From: Eledone cirrhosa
Lineage: Eukaryota
Direction of reading: 5' to 3'
DNA length: 64,000 bases
NCBI GenBank assembly: GCA_964016885.1
Contig: OZ024740.1
Coordinates: forward strand, 346,828,001-346,892,000
Shown here: piece after piece, positions 11,607 to 26,850 of the stretch
How positions within the stretch are numbered: position 1 is the stretch's first letter
Layout of the letters: each line of letters starts with the position of its first letter
Program-made: the position numbers and the translations under genes
Notes under the pieces: generated by a model
The model's database searches: none
Seen by the model: the letters and a program-made list of their open reading frames with translations, nothing else
Told to the model about the DNA's origin: nothing

Positions 11607-14600
11607 TTTTTTTTTTTTTTTTTTTTTTATTGTGCAATGGCCATACTCGATAACGAGGGGGCAGCCATCATATAACATATATGTGTGTATATATATATAT
11701 ATATGCGTGTGTGTGTGTGCGTGCGTGTGTGTGTGTGTATGTATATATAGTATTGCTGAATCCGGATAACTTATTCAAATAGTTTATATAATGCGGAATG
11801 TATATTCTATTAGAAAAAACAGTTTCATTTATTAATAATGAAAAATAGATTAGCCAAATTATTCAATAATTTATCTTACGGAAGACACGAACGGAAGATA
11901 AATATAAATGAAAAAAAAAAATGGAAAATACTAATATGTTTAAAAATTACAAGCGAGGCGCCAACTAAATATATCATCTTATCCTCCTACTTCCTTTCGT
12001 TTCTCTTTTTTCCGTTTGGTTTCCTCTCGTTTTCATCGTAGCATATTTATTTGATCACAATTTATTAGTTGCCCCGTGTTTCTTAGAGTTCATTGTAGTG
12101 AGCTATTGTCATTTCTTAATTAAGTTATGTTTTATATTGCTCTAAAACTGTTTTCCTCCCAAACGTCTGCGTCCATATTCAGTTTCCCGAATATTTACAA
12201 CGTTTATGTTGATTTGTATATGGTTGTGTGTGTTATATGTATGTGTGTTTGCATGTGTGTTGGTGCATGTTTGCGTATGTGTGTATATATTTGTGTACGT
12301 GTACGCTCAAAATTGTCTGCGTGTGTGTCTGTATGTGGAATATTTGTTCCGAATAACCATTGACAATTTTCAAATTTCTCAAGTTTCTACCGGGAAAAGG
12401 TAGTTTTATATATTTCTCTGTCTCCGTGTCTCGCTCATAGATCCATTTTTTTTCTTGTTGAGAAAATGGTTCCTTTTACGAATTGTATTTTTCTTTCTAT
12501 TTATCATCGGATTTTTTTACATAATTTTTCTATTTATTTTCTACTTTTTCTTATATTTCTTTTCTTTTTCTCTCTTTCGTTCTTTCGTTTTAAACGAGGA
12601 AGAGATTGCTCCTTAGAAACTACATCGATCCCTCATTTTGTCCAACGTATCGTTTACGCGTAGCTGGACACGTGGTCGACATACATCTTGTATGTCAATT
12701 ACTGCCAATTTCCCGACCATAGTCAGCTCCTAAATGTCTTGACGAAGTCTCACTCTGGTATCGTGTGTCATGCGCGCGACTAACCGACACAGGTTCCATA
12801 TCCGCAACTAGACGGCTTCCTCTATTTTCTCGTATATATCCGCTTGACAGAAATGTTATCTGTTGGAAATCCCGCGTGATATATAGCCGTAAGCGTTATC
12901 TTCATTATACTCAATTTTCCTCACACACTTGGTAGTCATCATAAGCTAGGCAAATGGAAACTTACAGGCAGTAGATTTCTTTGCATGCATGGCGAACATG
13001 AAAACAATACGCTTTGTAGCTTGATGTCTGTCATCAGAGAAGAAAACTAACCTACGGTCATGTCAGCCGAATTGGAATTTCCTTGAAAGAAGTCTAGCTG
13101 CGTAATTTCTTTCAATTACTTCACTGAATTTTATTATTCCTTACATTTTTGAAAACATTTTCGATCCGTTTATTTGCATTAATTTATATATTTATTTACT
13201 TATTTTTCAGTACTTAAAAGTACAGTACTGAGTGATTAGTAAAATCGGTAAGATGGGATACTACATATATAAATTAATTTAACTCCACCTCCTTTCGTTG
13301 TGAATTCAAATATCGTTGATATAAATGTTATATTGTATCGTTTTGAACTCGATGAAATAAACAGCAAGCACATTATTGTGTTAAGTCTATACACAGAAAA
13401 CTTAAAACCTGTAATATTGTTCAATTATAAGAAACTGATATTTGTAATTTAGTGTTGTTAAGATGTAAAATCTATTGCCCATTTGACATGATGGACTATT
13501 ATATACACATCAACCATATTACATCGACACCCGACACACAAGAGTTAGCCAGAATATCTCGGAACAAATTCCATCTTCACCAGAGTCCTTGCCTTATCGG
13601 AGCGCTTTAATTGCTCTTGTGACTTCACTCTCTGAGAGGAGAGTCTTCTCTCAGAGGATATTGTTGTGACAGGTGTTAGGAGATCAGAAGTGTATTATCT
13701 CCATCTGAGGAGGATGCACCCCTCTTCAGAGGGAAGTACCCCCAATCATATTCCTGATAGCAGATATAGATGTATACGGTTATTATGGATCCGGCAGATG
13801 ATGAAAGATAGGTTTCAAAGCTGAACTCGCCGTCTTCAATTCGATATTCATACGTACTCTTAAATATTGTCATGATAGTATTGTGATCACGAATACCAGC
13901 AGCCGAAATTGTGTTCAACTGAGTGGTCTTTAGAGTAACATTACTCAATGGGCGCGTAGCACGGAGAACAAGTAATTTTTCCAGGTTGAAACACTACTTC
14001 ACCAAAACGAGAGATCACAACTCCGGTACTACGATCATATGGATAGATTGTCAAATGAAATTACTGGCAAAATCAACCAGAAAATGGCCAAGCTGCAGAC
14101 AAGTAGCACAATGGTTGGATAACATCTATGACGCGGTCGAACACGCTTAGGGGTAACAGTAGGGACATTTAAAAAAATCATAATTTAGAATCTATTAAAA
14201 TTTCATTGTCAGTAATTTTAACACGTGTCATTAAATGTTCAATATAATAAACACAAGGGTTACTATAATAGCACGTGGGTGAATAATTGCCTACATACAT
14301 TATTCTTATTTTTAAAATAGTTTTGCTACCTAGCAAATAAAGATAATTTATTTTTTACATTGCATTTCAGGAACCGTGTACTACCCGAAGGCTACTGGAA
14401 GTTTAACTGTTGCAATTGCTCTCTCATTACAGAAGGCATATACATAAAATCTACTTGAAATGATTAACTTCAGATCTGGTGCTAAATACTAACACTAACA
14501 CTTAAAACTAAAAAAGATATTGTTTCGCTGTTTTGGACTATCATATATCGAATCTTTAATTTTGTCATATTCCTTTCGGTCAATAATTATAATGCCAATA

Positions 14601-15786
14601 AAGTGATGAGATATGAGTTGAATATAATCAGAATTGAAATCTATACAAAGCTAGAGGAAGTTGTAGTGTAATGAATGTATTTACTCCTCTACTGGTACCT
14701 TATAAATCTACAAGCCTCGAAATATTTCAGTGCAATTGTAGTGATTGAAATATAGTACGTCTGTTAGTAAGAATAACATGTCTTCTCATTGAAACATATT
14801 ATTCGTATGTCATCAGTGCCACTGTTTGATATGTCTATTATTCTTTCAAATGTACTAATTACCTCTCGGATAAAAAAAAATACTACTAGATAATAATATT
14901 CTTCTACTGGTCTAAAATTTACTTCTTTATTCTTGTATATGATTTCCGTAACTTCGTGCAAAGTGGCATATATGAGATTAAAACATTCTAAGATCATCGT
15001 GGAAAAATAAGCAGTCATGTAACACTGAATTTAATCAGCTATGCCCTCTATTAAAAATGTGGTGCTATTGCCGATGTGAGAAATGATTATAAGTTTAATA
15101 AATGTAACACCCACGAAGAACGACCATGATGAAAATATACAATGTGTTTATTATTCTTGGAGAATATACATCGGATCCTTTCTTTTCTTTTCTATATTCA
15201 TGTTCACGCGCAGGCATGTATTCTCTCTATCTCCAGCTATCATTGATGAGAGAAAATGTTTCAACTTTTTCGAAATCTGTCAGCACAACGTAAATTATTA
15301 TTTCTTACCATTCACATGTCAGAAATAAAGAATTCTCGAAAAACAACTCGCTTGTTTCAGCATAGTCGGTTATTAAAATTAAAACTGTTCATCTCTCTCT
15401 CTTTCTCCTCTCACTCTTTCTCCTCCTCCCCCTCACTCTATATATATATTTATATTACTGTCTCCCCCTCCCCTCTCTCTTTGTATAGATATATACATGG
15501 CTGCAAAAATATAAAAATGGTGAGGAGTTCGGCCTGTAACCACATGATTCTCGGTTCGATTTGTGCACTATCAACGAAACTTTCCTTCTCCGGTTCTCCT
15601 GGTAGTAACAACAGGTTCTTGAGTTTCTTAAATTAATGGTTGAAAATGTCCCTTTAATTGTTTACCACTAATAAGAAGTGATATAAATTCACAAATATAT
15701 ATCTATAGTTGATTGCCTATATATATTACCTGATTTTCTATAATTTATGGCACTTGGCTATTATTACTTTTATTTTCTGCGTTCCC

Positions 15787-16046
15787 GATTTTCTGCCTTT
15801 CAACGCAGAATTTCAACTCACACGATGCTCCTATGGTTTGTCATATAAATATAAATATACATACGTAAACGCACACACACACGCACATATATATCTGTGT
15901 GTGCGCGCGCGCGCGTGTGTGTGTGTGTGTGTGTGTGTGTGTCCGTGTGTGTGTGCGTTTACGTATGTATATTTATATTTATATTTATGTGACAAAGCAT
16001 AGGAGCATCGTGTGAGTTGAAATTCTGAGTTGAAAGGCAGAAAATC
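15787..16046. repeat. Inverted duplication (~97-bp arms) around a (CA)/(TG) microsatellite
   Basis: 15787-15883 is a near-perfect reverse complement of 15944-16046. Confidence 0.85.
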
Positions 16047-16147
16047 AGAGATATGTATATATATATATATTTGTGTGTGCGTGTGTGTGTGTATGAATAT
16101 ATATCAAATTATAAATGCGAAGAAAGAATAGACAAATAATTAAATAA

Positions 16148-16870
<723 letters not shown>

Positions 16871-17308
16871 ATGTTGTTGCGTGTACGTATGATTAAGGAG
16901 AGCGAATTGCCTAGTTAAATCTTTTTTGAAATGTAAAAATAAAGACAATTTGGTGAGCCGGTGCAGTCAGTTAATTAAAGAATAACAGTGAAAGAATCTG
17001 AATGTTTGTCACGTTCGCATCTAAAAACGGGGACTGGAAGGGTAGATATATAAGGATAAAATAATAAATAAATACAATATTTTCAGGGCAGCTTTATTGT
17101 TACAGGGAAGCATCTTGTGTCTCTGTAGAATTGACAATTCTGTCTATGTTTCACTCCTCTCTTTCACTTCCCTTGTCTCTATATCGTGACCCTAGCAATG
17201 GCAGCAATACAAATAGTGAAACCTATATAATACCAGATCGTATATATATCTGTTCATCTCTCTCTCTCTGTTTATACATATATAAAGTATAATATATATA
17301 TATATAAG

Positions 17309-17371
<63 letters not shown>

Positions 17372-17663
17372 TATGTATGTATATATAAATGTGTGTGTGT
17401 ATTTTATATGCATATATAATTATTAAAGCCAGTTACTACATTGGCACTATACCAGATACGTATGATTCATTAGTCCTGATGACCAGCTCCTTAATCCTCT
17501 GTTGATGAAAATAAAACGGTTTCCCGGATCATATTCATCGTCACAGTTTGAAGAAGTTAGTCTTCTGGGCTACGTATACGTACGTACTTCCTATGGCGCC
17601 GTTGTAGTAACTGGCGTTAATCATATTCAGACATACCCTTCGAACATGAGTTTCTACCTATTA

Positions 17664-17790
<127 letters not shown>

Positions 17791-18512
17791 TGTGTGTGTG
17801 CGTGCCGGTGTGTTTTTGAGTGTGTGTAGGTGGCTGTGCGTTTGTGAGATTAATATAGCGCTATTTGGTGTTCAATCTAATCATTACGGTTTCCATGGTC
17901 TTTCAAACATTGGGCTCATTCGCTTGTGTACCTGCTGAATGTGGAGGATGTATTCGATCCCCAGAGTCCTTAAAGTATTCGCACTTTAAATCTCATCTAC
18001 CTGAGTCACGTATGGTTTGAGACGATGTAGAATGTGCAGAATATTGTGAATGACTTTGTCGGATCCCCCAGTTTGTGAGGGAGTCATGAAATATTATTAT
18101 GTTCCGTTTCAATTTCTCGGTGAATTTTGTAACTGTTTCCTTTCACGGAAACGATAATACTCAAACACACTACTCTGCTAATCGACCTAGCGATAGTGAT
18201 TTATGCATCATTACAGAACCATCTCTAATTGAGCCGGCTCAGTCCACATGTTAGTCTAACCGGGCTTTTTTGAAGGCATATTGATTTTGGTCCCCATCTG
18301 GGTCTCAGATCGGTTGACTTTGCCCTTAAAATGTTTCAAGTGATTATTTCCTTAGATGTTTTAACTCCATGCCAATAGTATCTGTGATTTGATCTCTCGA
18401 TTCCTGGAAACAGTTCTTCTATTATAAATATAGTTGCCCTGCCTCCACTGTAAAGGTAATAGCTCAACCATTTCACGGTAACATTAAGCCCAAGATATCT
18501 TCAGCAACGCAC

Positions 18513-18561
<49 letters not shown>

Positions 18562-18716
18562 TTGAAGCTCTGAAATAGCAATATATATATGAATGTATAT
18601 ATAATGTATTTTGCAATACACTTTATGCTTAATTAAAAGCATTTTGAAGACCGTAAGCTATTGTTTTAAAGTAGTGACAAATTCACTCACTTTGATCTCA
18701 GCAAACAGGGGAGATA

Positions 18717-18760
18717 AGCCGACATGACATGTTTCGCTTTGGTTGAAGCTTATCAAGGCC
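18717..18760 (-). ncRNA. Hammerhead ribozyme, U3:A8 variant
   Basis: Reverse complement of 19187-19230. Confidence 0.75.
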
Positions 18761-19186
18761 AACTACCCCACCTGTTTACTGAGATCAATGATGTTATATT
18801 CTTATAGAAATCTAGTAAATAATCAGGAGCTGATTATGCAGAGCGGTTGTTGGTCAGGCAGAAATTAAAAATTAGAATTGAAGCTTTGAAATAGCAATAT
18901 ATATATGGATGTATATATAATGTATTTTGCAATACACTTTATGCTTAATTAAAAGCATTTTGAAGACCGTAAGCTATTGTTTTAAAGTAGTGACACATTC
19001 ACTCACTTTGATCTCAGCAAAGAGGGGAGATAAGCCGACAAGACATGTTTCGCTATTTCAGAGCTTCAATTCTAATTTTTAATTTCTGCCTGTCCAACAA
19101 CCGCTCTGCATAATCAGCTCCTGATTATTTACTAGATTTCTATAATAATATAACATCATTGATCTCAGTAGACAGGTGGGGTAGTT

Positions 19187-19230
19187 GGCCTTGATAAGCT
19201 TCAACCAAAGCGAAACATGTCATGTCGGCT
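19187..19230 (+). ncRNA. Hammerhead ribozyme, U3:A8 variant
   Basis: GGCC-TTGATAA-GCTT(caacca)AAGC-GAAA-CAT(gtc)ATG-TC-GGCT, with a GUC cleavage triplet. Confidence 0.75.
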
Positions 19231-19354
19231 TATCTCCCCTGTTTGCTGAGATCAAAGTGAGTGAATTTGTCACTACTTTAAAACAATAGCTTACGGTCTT
19301 CAAAATGCTTTTAATTAAGCATAAAGTGTATTGCAAAATACATTATATATACAT

Positions 19355-19422
<68 letters not shown>

Positions 19423-21574
19423 ATATATACAGGGAGTGTATTGCACAATTACTGTAGGTTCACTCGATATTTAGATTCACGTCTGTAGCGAGGTGTAGAG
19501 CTAAACAGAGTTAAATATAATAATAGAAGGATGATTTTTTATGTCTTGATTACGTATATTGATTGCTGGCGCGTGTTTCGCTATTGGTCAGTTGAAGGTT
19601 CGATCTGGCCCGGCTCTGGAATCAAAAGCTTGTCGGACCTCTGCTGTTGTAAAGATGGAATATTACCACGTATACACACATTGGTGTAATCGTATTTGTG
19701 CCTACAATTATAGAATTATCTGCCTATTATGTCATAGGGTAACACATAAATTACATATACAGATCAAATATTGATAGACGCATATGTTTACACACAACCA
19801 CACACACATGTATATATACCTATATATATGTATGTATGTGAACTTATAATACATTTTATATTTGTGTATTTTTATATCCGAAATTTCTAGCAAGTTGATA
19901 ATAATATTTTTATTTGACCCACGCTGACAATAACATTTATTATAATGATAACATTATATTTATAAACAAATTAGTTGATTTATCATCCGCATTCATATTG
20001 GCAGAGTCGTTAGAGAGACTGCAATATAGTTCATTTTAATCATCCAATCCCGCTTTCTTCTGAGTTCAAAACCTCAGCACGTTAAATCTGCCATGTTTCC
20101 TTCGGAGCTGGATAAAATACAATTTTATTCATTCACAGGTATTTTTTTAAATTGACCAACTTATCCACAAATTTCTCTTCGTTTGCCTAGGCTAGAAATG
20201 ATTAGTGTCCTAAGTTGAGAATCAGTGATATTTGGTTCAGCTCTTTACGTTCAGATTTCAAAACCTGTGGAAGGTTTATTTGCATTTCATTCTTTGCGAG
20301 CATTTAATATTTAAGTATCTGTCAGGTATTTGTCCCCGAAAATGTGTCTTTACGTCAATGTTAGAAATTTCAAGTATTGCCATAATTATACCAAAAGATT
20401 AAAGGAAGAACTTTCGATATTGAATAAGACCATTTTGAATTTTATTAAAACTTAAGTCAATTTTCTCGTTTATATTTATCCAAACGACGCAATAATATAC
20501 ATATAGAATAACTTAATTGAATTGATGAATTAGAGTGTCAGGTTTTCACAAACATTTGTAGGATTTTGTACACGTCTTCAGGACCAATGTTATCTGAACT
20601 CTTTATAAAAATGTGGCGAAGAGCAAAATTGATTGAGCGTCTGAAAAAGTGGTCTTCTCGTATATAAGTACGAGCAGGTACGTGTATATTCTGACTTCAA
20701 TCTCTGTCGAATTCCTTTCTGTATTTAATCCTATTCCTCTCGATAAAATAATTACCAGTCAAGGTCTGTAGTAGGTCGATATTTTAGAATGTTATATCCG
20801 TATATCTAAATATGTATCGTTTAGAACTTGCCATTATTATTTCAGATGATTTAATTAAATTCCCATTGTTTTATTTTTATTCCAATTTCACTAACTATCC
20901 TCCTTCTAGACTAAATAGAATTTATAAAAGAAACAGATATATATATTTACAAGAGTATGTTACTCGAGCTAACTAACAACATAAAGAATGTTCATTGACA
21001 TCTTCTCTCAATACATCCTAATGAACTTTCATCAACTACTCTACGCTAATGTAAACAAGATACCAACTGACATTTGTTAGTTATACTAATTTTTCAAGTA
21101 AATCATGTTCTTATTTATTTTTATAATGCCCCTAGGATTGATATTATAAGTATACTTGTTCTTTCAAACTCTATCCGGCACGCAAACACCTGCTTAAATA
21201 TAATACAGATGACATGAATGTTATTCTTTTGTTTCTGACTCGAAAAAAAAAAAGAAATAAAGGAATGCGATATGTCCGACTCTTCCGTTTAAAATACACA
21301 GTAGCCCAGACATACACACACATACGGGTGAGCGTGCATTATACGTCTGCATGTACACATATTTATTTACATATAAATGTTCGTACATGAGTGCAAGTAT
21401 ATATGCATCAGCCAATATTAGCATCTGAATATAATTAAATGTATCTTTTGTGTTACTCAATCGAAAAAGCTGCATATATGTGTATATTGCTAGGCACAAA
21501 TACGACCACACAAATATGAGTTGATATACATCCACACATCCACATAGACAAACGTATCTGCTTGCGTAAATCTC

Positions 21575-21792
<218 letters not shown>

Positions 21793-22408
21793 TCCATGAG
21801 GAATTTACGAAATTTTATTTTATCCTTCGTCTAACTTCAATTCAAAGAAATAGTTTCAAGTTTCATGGGTGTTGACAAATAATGTCAGCACTATCTTATC
21901 AGTGTCTTACAGAAGTTCTCTTCAAATGGAAATTTGAAAAAGAAAAGAAGTCGAAGATTTCTTTAGACTTGAAAACGGAAGTACACTGAATGTCACCTCT
22001 CTAGCAGACACGAAGATCTGATGGTATTTTAGTGCATTTTAAAATGTTTTATAATTCATTTATTTATTGTTTATTGCCATATTTACTTTTGTTTATTTAT
22101 TTGCCTGTCATCTCTGAAATTTAATTTCTGAAATATATGTTATTGTTTAATTTTCATTGTGCTAAGAATTCCCCCATTCCTTTTTCCGGTCCTTGTGTCT
22201 TTTCCTTTTTTTTTTTGGTGAGAGTGATGGAAAAGTGTATGCCAGTTGATTAGATTTAAGGTTAATATCACTGTGATCTGTGTTGGCAATTCGGTTTCTA
22301 TTCCTGGCATCGTATTATTCAATGTTTTTATCATAACTATTATTTCTTAAGAAGGTCAGAAGAAAAACACTCACTAATGCTTGCCGTTGTAAATATTTGA
22401 GAAATAAA

Positions 22409-23560
22409 TCAAAGGTACCATTTGAAAATATTTGACATAATGATCTTTGCTCCCGTCAAACTTTTATATTCCTCCAAGAAGTTGCCGACCATCTCGATTT
22501 CAATGGTGTGCGACATCATTACTGAGAGATTATTCGCAGATGCCAAAGCAGCCTTTCCACGTCCCGGTCCGTGTGGAATGCCCTGCAATAACTTCAGTTT
22601 CCTCAGTAATGGCTCGAGAGATAGAACATACAAAAGGAAGGAGAGGTGTCAACCATGGCGGACCGAACACGTAATCTGGATTGGTTCCAATAAGCTGCCT
22701 TTGGCAGTTATATCAGTGGAGATGCCGCTGAAGATTACAGCGATCCAAGCACTGAAGAGCCTGCCTTGAGGAATCGAAACAGCCTGCCTTCAGGACAGCT
22801 TCCTGGTATCGATGGTTGACCCTATCGAAACCTTTAGTTTGACCAGACTTAACCAAATCTCCTCCGAAGCAAGGTTTACTCCCTACCTTCTCTATGATGT
22901 AATGCATGAGGTTAACGTTGTTGTGTGTGGCCATGGCCGGGATTGAGCAAGTCTGCGTCTCTCGGACCTGGCTCTCAACGACAACTGTCATCCTCGTTGC
23001 TACCACCTTGGCCAAAAATTAAATTGTGTTTAGCGGATTTATGGGTCTGAATTATCTTTTTTGTTCTCAACATTCCTCATCAGCGTTCCTACGCCCCGAC
23101 TCACAGAATTAGGAATCCTCTTCTTCTGTTGCCAGTTGCAGTAGACGACATCGAGGAGATTAGAGGAAAGGTCTGGGATAATTACATAAAACTCATATGG
23201 CAGACTATTCAAACCAGGAGATTATCATCTCGTACAGTCAGTTGGCCAGTGTTTTTCAAATCTCGGCTGCTCATATCGGCTTTATGCAGCACTCTGCATC
23301 AGTCACCGGGGGTTTCAATGAGCCGTTGTGGTAGGAAATGGAGTCCTCAACCGTCTCCAACTCATTTCTCTAACCGAACAGTTGTGCAAAATGTTCGCAT
23401 CCAACACCGAATTGGGCTTTTGTTGCAACACTGCCCTTGTGCCACACAAGCCCATCGAACAACTTTCTTTCCTTCGTTTCTTAGAGAACAAACCTTAACC
23501 CCCAAAATACAGCTTTCATGCTTCTCATTAAAGATATAGTCTCGTGTCAGTCTTATTACT
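22409..23560 (-). pseudogene. Decayed L1/Tx1-like LINE reverse transcriptase
   Basis: Minus-strand fragments LAKVVATR, KGFDRVNHRY, SVRHG*HLSFLLYVLSLEPLLR (cf. RQGCPLSPLLY..LEPL) and LTGAKI, with many stops and frameshifts. Confidence 0.8.
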
Positions 23561-24059
23561 AGCACATCAGTTGAAACGCCACTTCCTATCGCCTCATCTA
23601 ATTTAGCTATTATCCCCTATATTTCCTATGTTTGTATCACTACTACGTTACTCAAAGCTCTGGATTCTAACCCGATCGCTATGAGCTGCCCCCACGTGGA
23701 ATGGACGGGAGGTGTGGGGGGGGGGGGGGGCAGACCCGGATTTTTGGCTTTGATGCTAATGGATCTATATGTGCGAGGTTTTGGCTCTGCTGCTGCCAAC
23801 ACTTAAGACCGAATCCTTATGGTTATCTTTTCTAACTGCCACACATGATTTTTTAGTAACATGTTTACCGATAGTGTGAACAACTCCAAGAGAACGCCTA
23901 ATTGGTTTGCACAAGGTATAGCCTATTTCCTTCAAAATCGACGGAGACAAAAATTCAAAAGTACTATCACTTGCTTTGCCTCATCATACAAAATTCTCAC
24001 CCAAGTTTGATTGAAACATTGGAGATGATGGAATTCCTATTGAGCAGAAAGTTAGTCAC

Positions 24060-24830
24060 TGGGGGTCTTATGGTTGCATCGACCAAACTCTCATTATTCG
24101 TATGAATCTGGAAAACTGTCATAGCAAGCAAATAATGTTTAATACTATTTGGATTGATTATAGAAATGCATTTTATAACGATCCCTCTCATGGATTTTGA
24201 AAAGGTTGAATGTTCTGGAAATGTCCCTAGTAATATCAGACGTCCTGAATTATAACATATATCTGTGGAATACAAATATTTAACTGTCACACAGTGATGA
24301 AACTATAAATTCCAGAAGCATAAGTATTAACTGTGGTATTTTTCAACGGGAATTTTTTCTTCTCTGATTTTTGCATGGTACTACAAAATAGACAGCTAAA
24401 CTGTATATCATAAACTTCATATAGATGACATGAAACTGTATGATAAAAATGAGAGTGAATTGGAACGTATGTTTAAGTCAGTTAAGTTGTTCAGCAATAT
24501 TGTAGAGATGAGGGTTTGGATTGGAAAACGCAACATTCGAGAAAGGCCGATTCAATGGAAATAGATGTGAATGCAATAATTAAGGAACTAGAACAGGAGC
24601 AAACCTACAATTATATAAGGATCAGTGAAGGCCAAGGTATTCACCATGACAGCTTGAAAGAGCGAATCAGTAGGAATGATACCATAGAGTACGTGCTGTC
24701 TTGAAAAATGAAGTCAATTCAAAGAATAACATATCTCCTATAAAGGGACTTGTATTTTCATGTGTCACCAAAAGTTCCAATATCATAAAGTGGAATATTA
24801 ATGAAATAAAGTAAATCTTGGAATTAGTCA
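24060..24830 (+). pseudogene. Decayed Dong/R4-like LINE reverse transcriptase
   Basis: Plus-strand fragments WIDYRNAF, INCGIFQ and HIDDMKLYDKNE match the R4/Dong pattern WIDYKKAFD / GIFQGD / YMDDLKLY. Confidence 0.7.
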
Positions 24831-26654
24831 TAGCATTACGACATTGTAAAACTACAGACACACACACTCACACACACAAACGCATACACACACACATGCA
24901 CACACACATACACAGACACACGCACACACACACTCACACACGTACACATGTATGTGTGTATATGTATATATATATATATATTTATAAACGTATATATATA
25001 TAAATATATATATGCATACGTTTGTTTTGTGTGTATATATATATATATAAGTATGCTTTGAAACAGTGAGAGGAGTTTGAAATTTAGTAGAAATAGCTTT
25101 TGCCGTAATTGTAGCCTGGTAGTGGGGTTTAGAAGTTGAAAAGGATGAGTATTGACACATATGTATATATGTTTATGTGTCTGAATGCGTGTGCCTGTGT
25201 ACATGCGACGTGTGTGTGATTGTATGTATGCAACAACATGCATCTTCCTTGAACAAATATTATCATTGTTCATGGAAACCTTTATTTAATACGATACCGA
25301 ATTTTATATTTGAAATACGCACCCATCAGATGTGTAGAATGCGTGATGACGTGGGATGTAGCTTGATTTTCAACGAACAATACTGACAATGAAACAGCAA
25401 AATAACATATAACATATGAATATTATTCTCGATATTACATACAGCTAATTCATCCAAAATTGTAGACGGACAGTTACAAGCTACGCAAAGAAATAAATTT
25501 GACAAATGACCTCGCAGTGAATATGTTTTCATAAATTGTGGCTATTCTACTATTACGTTATAACACGTTGGACAACCATTGCTCACTTTTTTATAATTTA
25601 CGAAATGAAAGTCATATCAAAATGAATTAAGGCCGTAGAAATTTGCACGGTGTATAAAGTCCCATATTTGAATATTAGAAAGGACAGTTTTGCACTAAAA
25701 AAACAAATGTGTAGAAGACAAATTAAAAGCAAAAACTACATTACGTGTATATTCCCTGAAAACTCAATGCAAAGAAAAGCGCATGGTAAATTCATATAAA
25801 TTGCGCATTATAGACAAAATATAGATTTACAACATACAAGAGACAAAGTCTTACATCTGATACAAATAAGAAGAACAAATTTGATCAGTGACACGAGCAG
25901 AAACAAAATATGATTATGAAAGAATAATGAAGCAAATCTGAATGAAATATTAAAAGATTTAGAAACATGGAAGTCAACATTGTTGTCTGACAAAACAGCA
26001 TCTCTTCTATAATTATGATTTCTTTATTTCTTTATTTCTTTTTTTTTTTTTTTTTTCTTATTTACTTATTTTAAAATAAATTCTTAGCAAAAATAATAAA
26101 TTTCAGTTGGGTTATCAGGTACATCAGGGACATAAATATCAACATTAAGATAACTTTGGTTTATAACAATAATTTATCTTATACCCGAAGCTGAGTTGTC
26201 ACGAACTATGGTGATTATCACCCCCCTCTCTCCACATCTTAATACCCTTTCTTCAAAATATGCACATCCTCATAAAGACATAATTAATAATAAAAATACA
26301 CAAATGGTATTGGATAGAGATGACTTCAGCAACGAAACAAAATTTAAACCAAACAGTAATTTCAGAATTAGAATAAACAAAATTACTTAGTATAATATTT
26401 GCAAAGTATTTCGAATGATGAAAAGTGTCAATCATGTTTTGATGTACACTAAAATTGCAAGTGCCCCGTAATAAATATCCCAGCAAGAGTTTGATTAACA
26501 AAACTGATAAAGGAAAATTATATAAAACATTTATGTCACCAGTTATGAGGAAATGATGTCCGCAGTCAATGACTGGCACAAACCTACGTCACGGTGCATT
26601 ATCATTGTCGATGCGGGTATAAGAAATATATAGTGTAAGTAAATATGTCCAGGT

Positions 26655-26850
26655 TTAATAATTGTTTCTACTTTTGGCACAAGGCCAGCAATTATCCAAG
26701 TGTATTACTGGTACTTTATATTATCGACCCCATAAGGATGAAAGGCAAAGTTAACCTCGGCGGGATTTGAACTCAGACCATAAAGGGCCGTAACTCTTTG
26801 CTGCAAAGCATAGTGTCCGACCCTCTACCGATATTGCCAATCCACCGCCA
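26655..26850 (-). mobile_element. tRNA-derived SINE with 10-bp TSD
   Basis: Close reverse-complement match to 4058-4238. ATGTCCAGGT occurs at 26645-26654 and 26851-26860. Confidence 0.9.

Larger units (their letters stand above)
6850..11669 (+). mobile_element. Intact-ORF RTE-clade LINE with a long microsatellite-containing 5' region, 5' inversion and candidate TSD
   Basis: Single intact ORF and a 3' stem-loop CTCG-ATAA-CGAG. ATATAACATATAT occurs at 6837-6849 and 11670-11682. Collinear with the second copy from ~38290 to 42961. Confidence 0.93.
18556..19360. mobile_element. Retrozyme-like repeat: ~1.6 tandem ~316-bp units plus one inverted unit, in (TA)n
   Basis: The unit start ttagaattgaagct recurs at 18556 and 18872. 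The sequence inverts at ~19051 and runs back to ~19360. Each full unit has one hammerhead. Confidence 0.85.

Noticed and set aside
13500-14150. Complex-sequence stretch with hairpins and 75-90 aa ORFs, possibly an exon or DNA-transposon remnant
   Set aside because: No recognisable motif or splice context; a homology search is needed.
17470-17530. CTGATGA followed by GAAA
   Set aside because: No convincing stem I or stem III.
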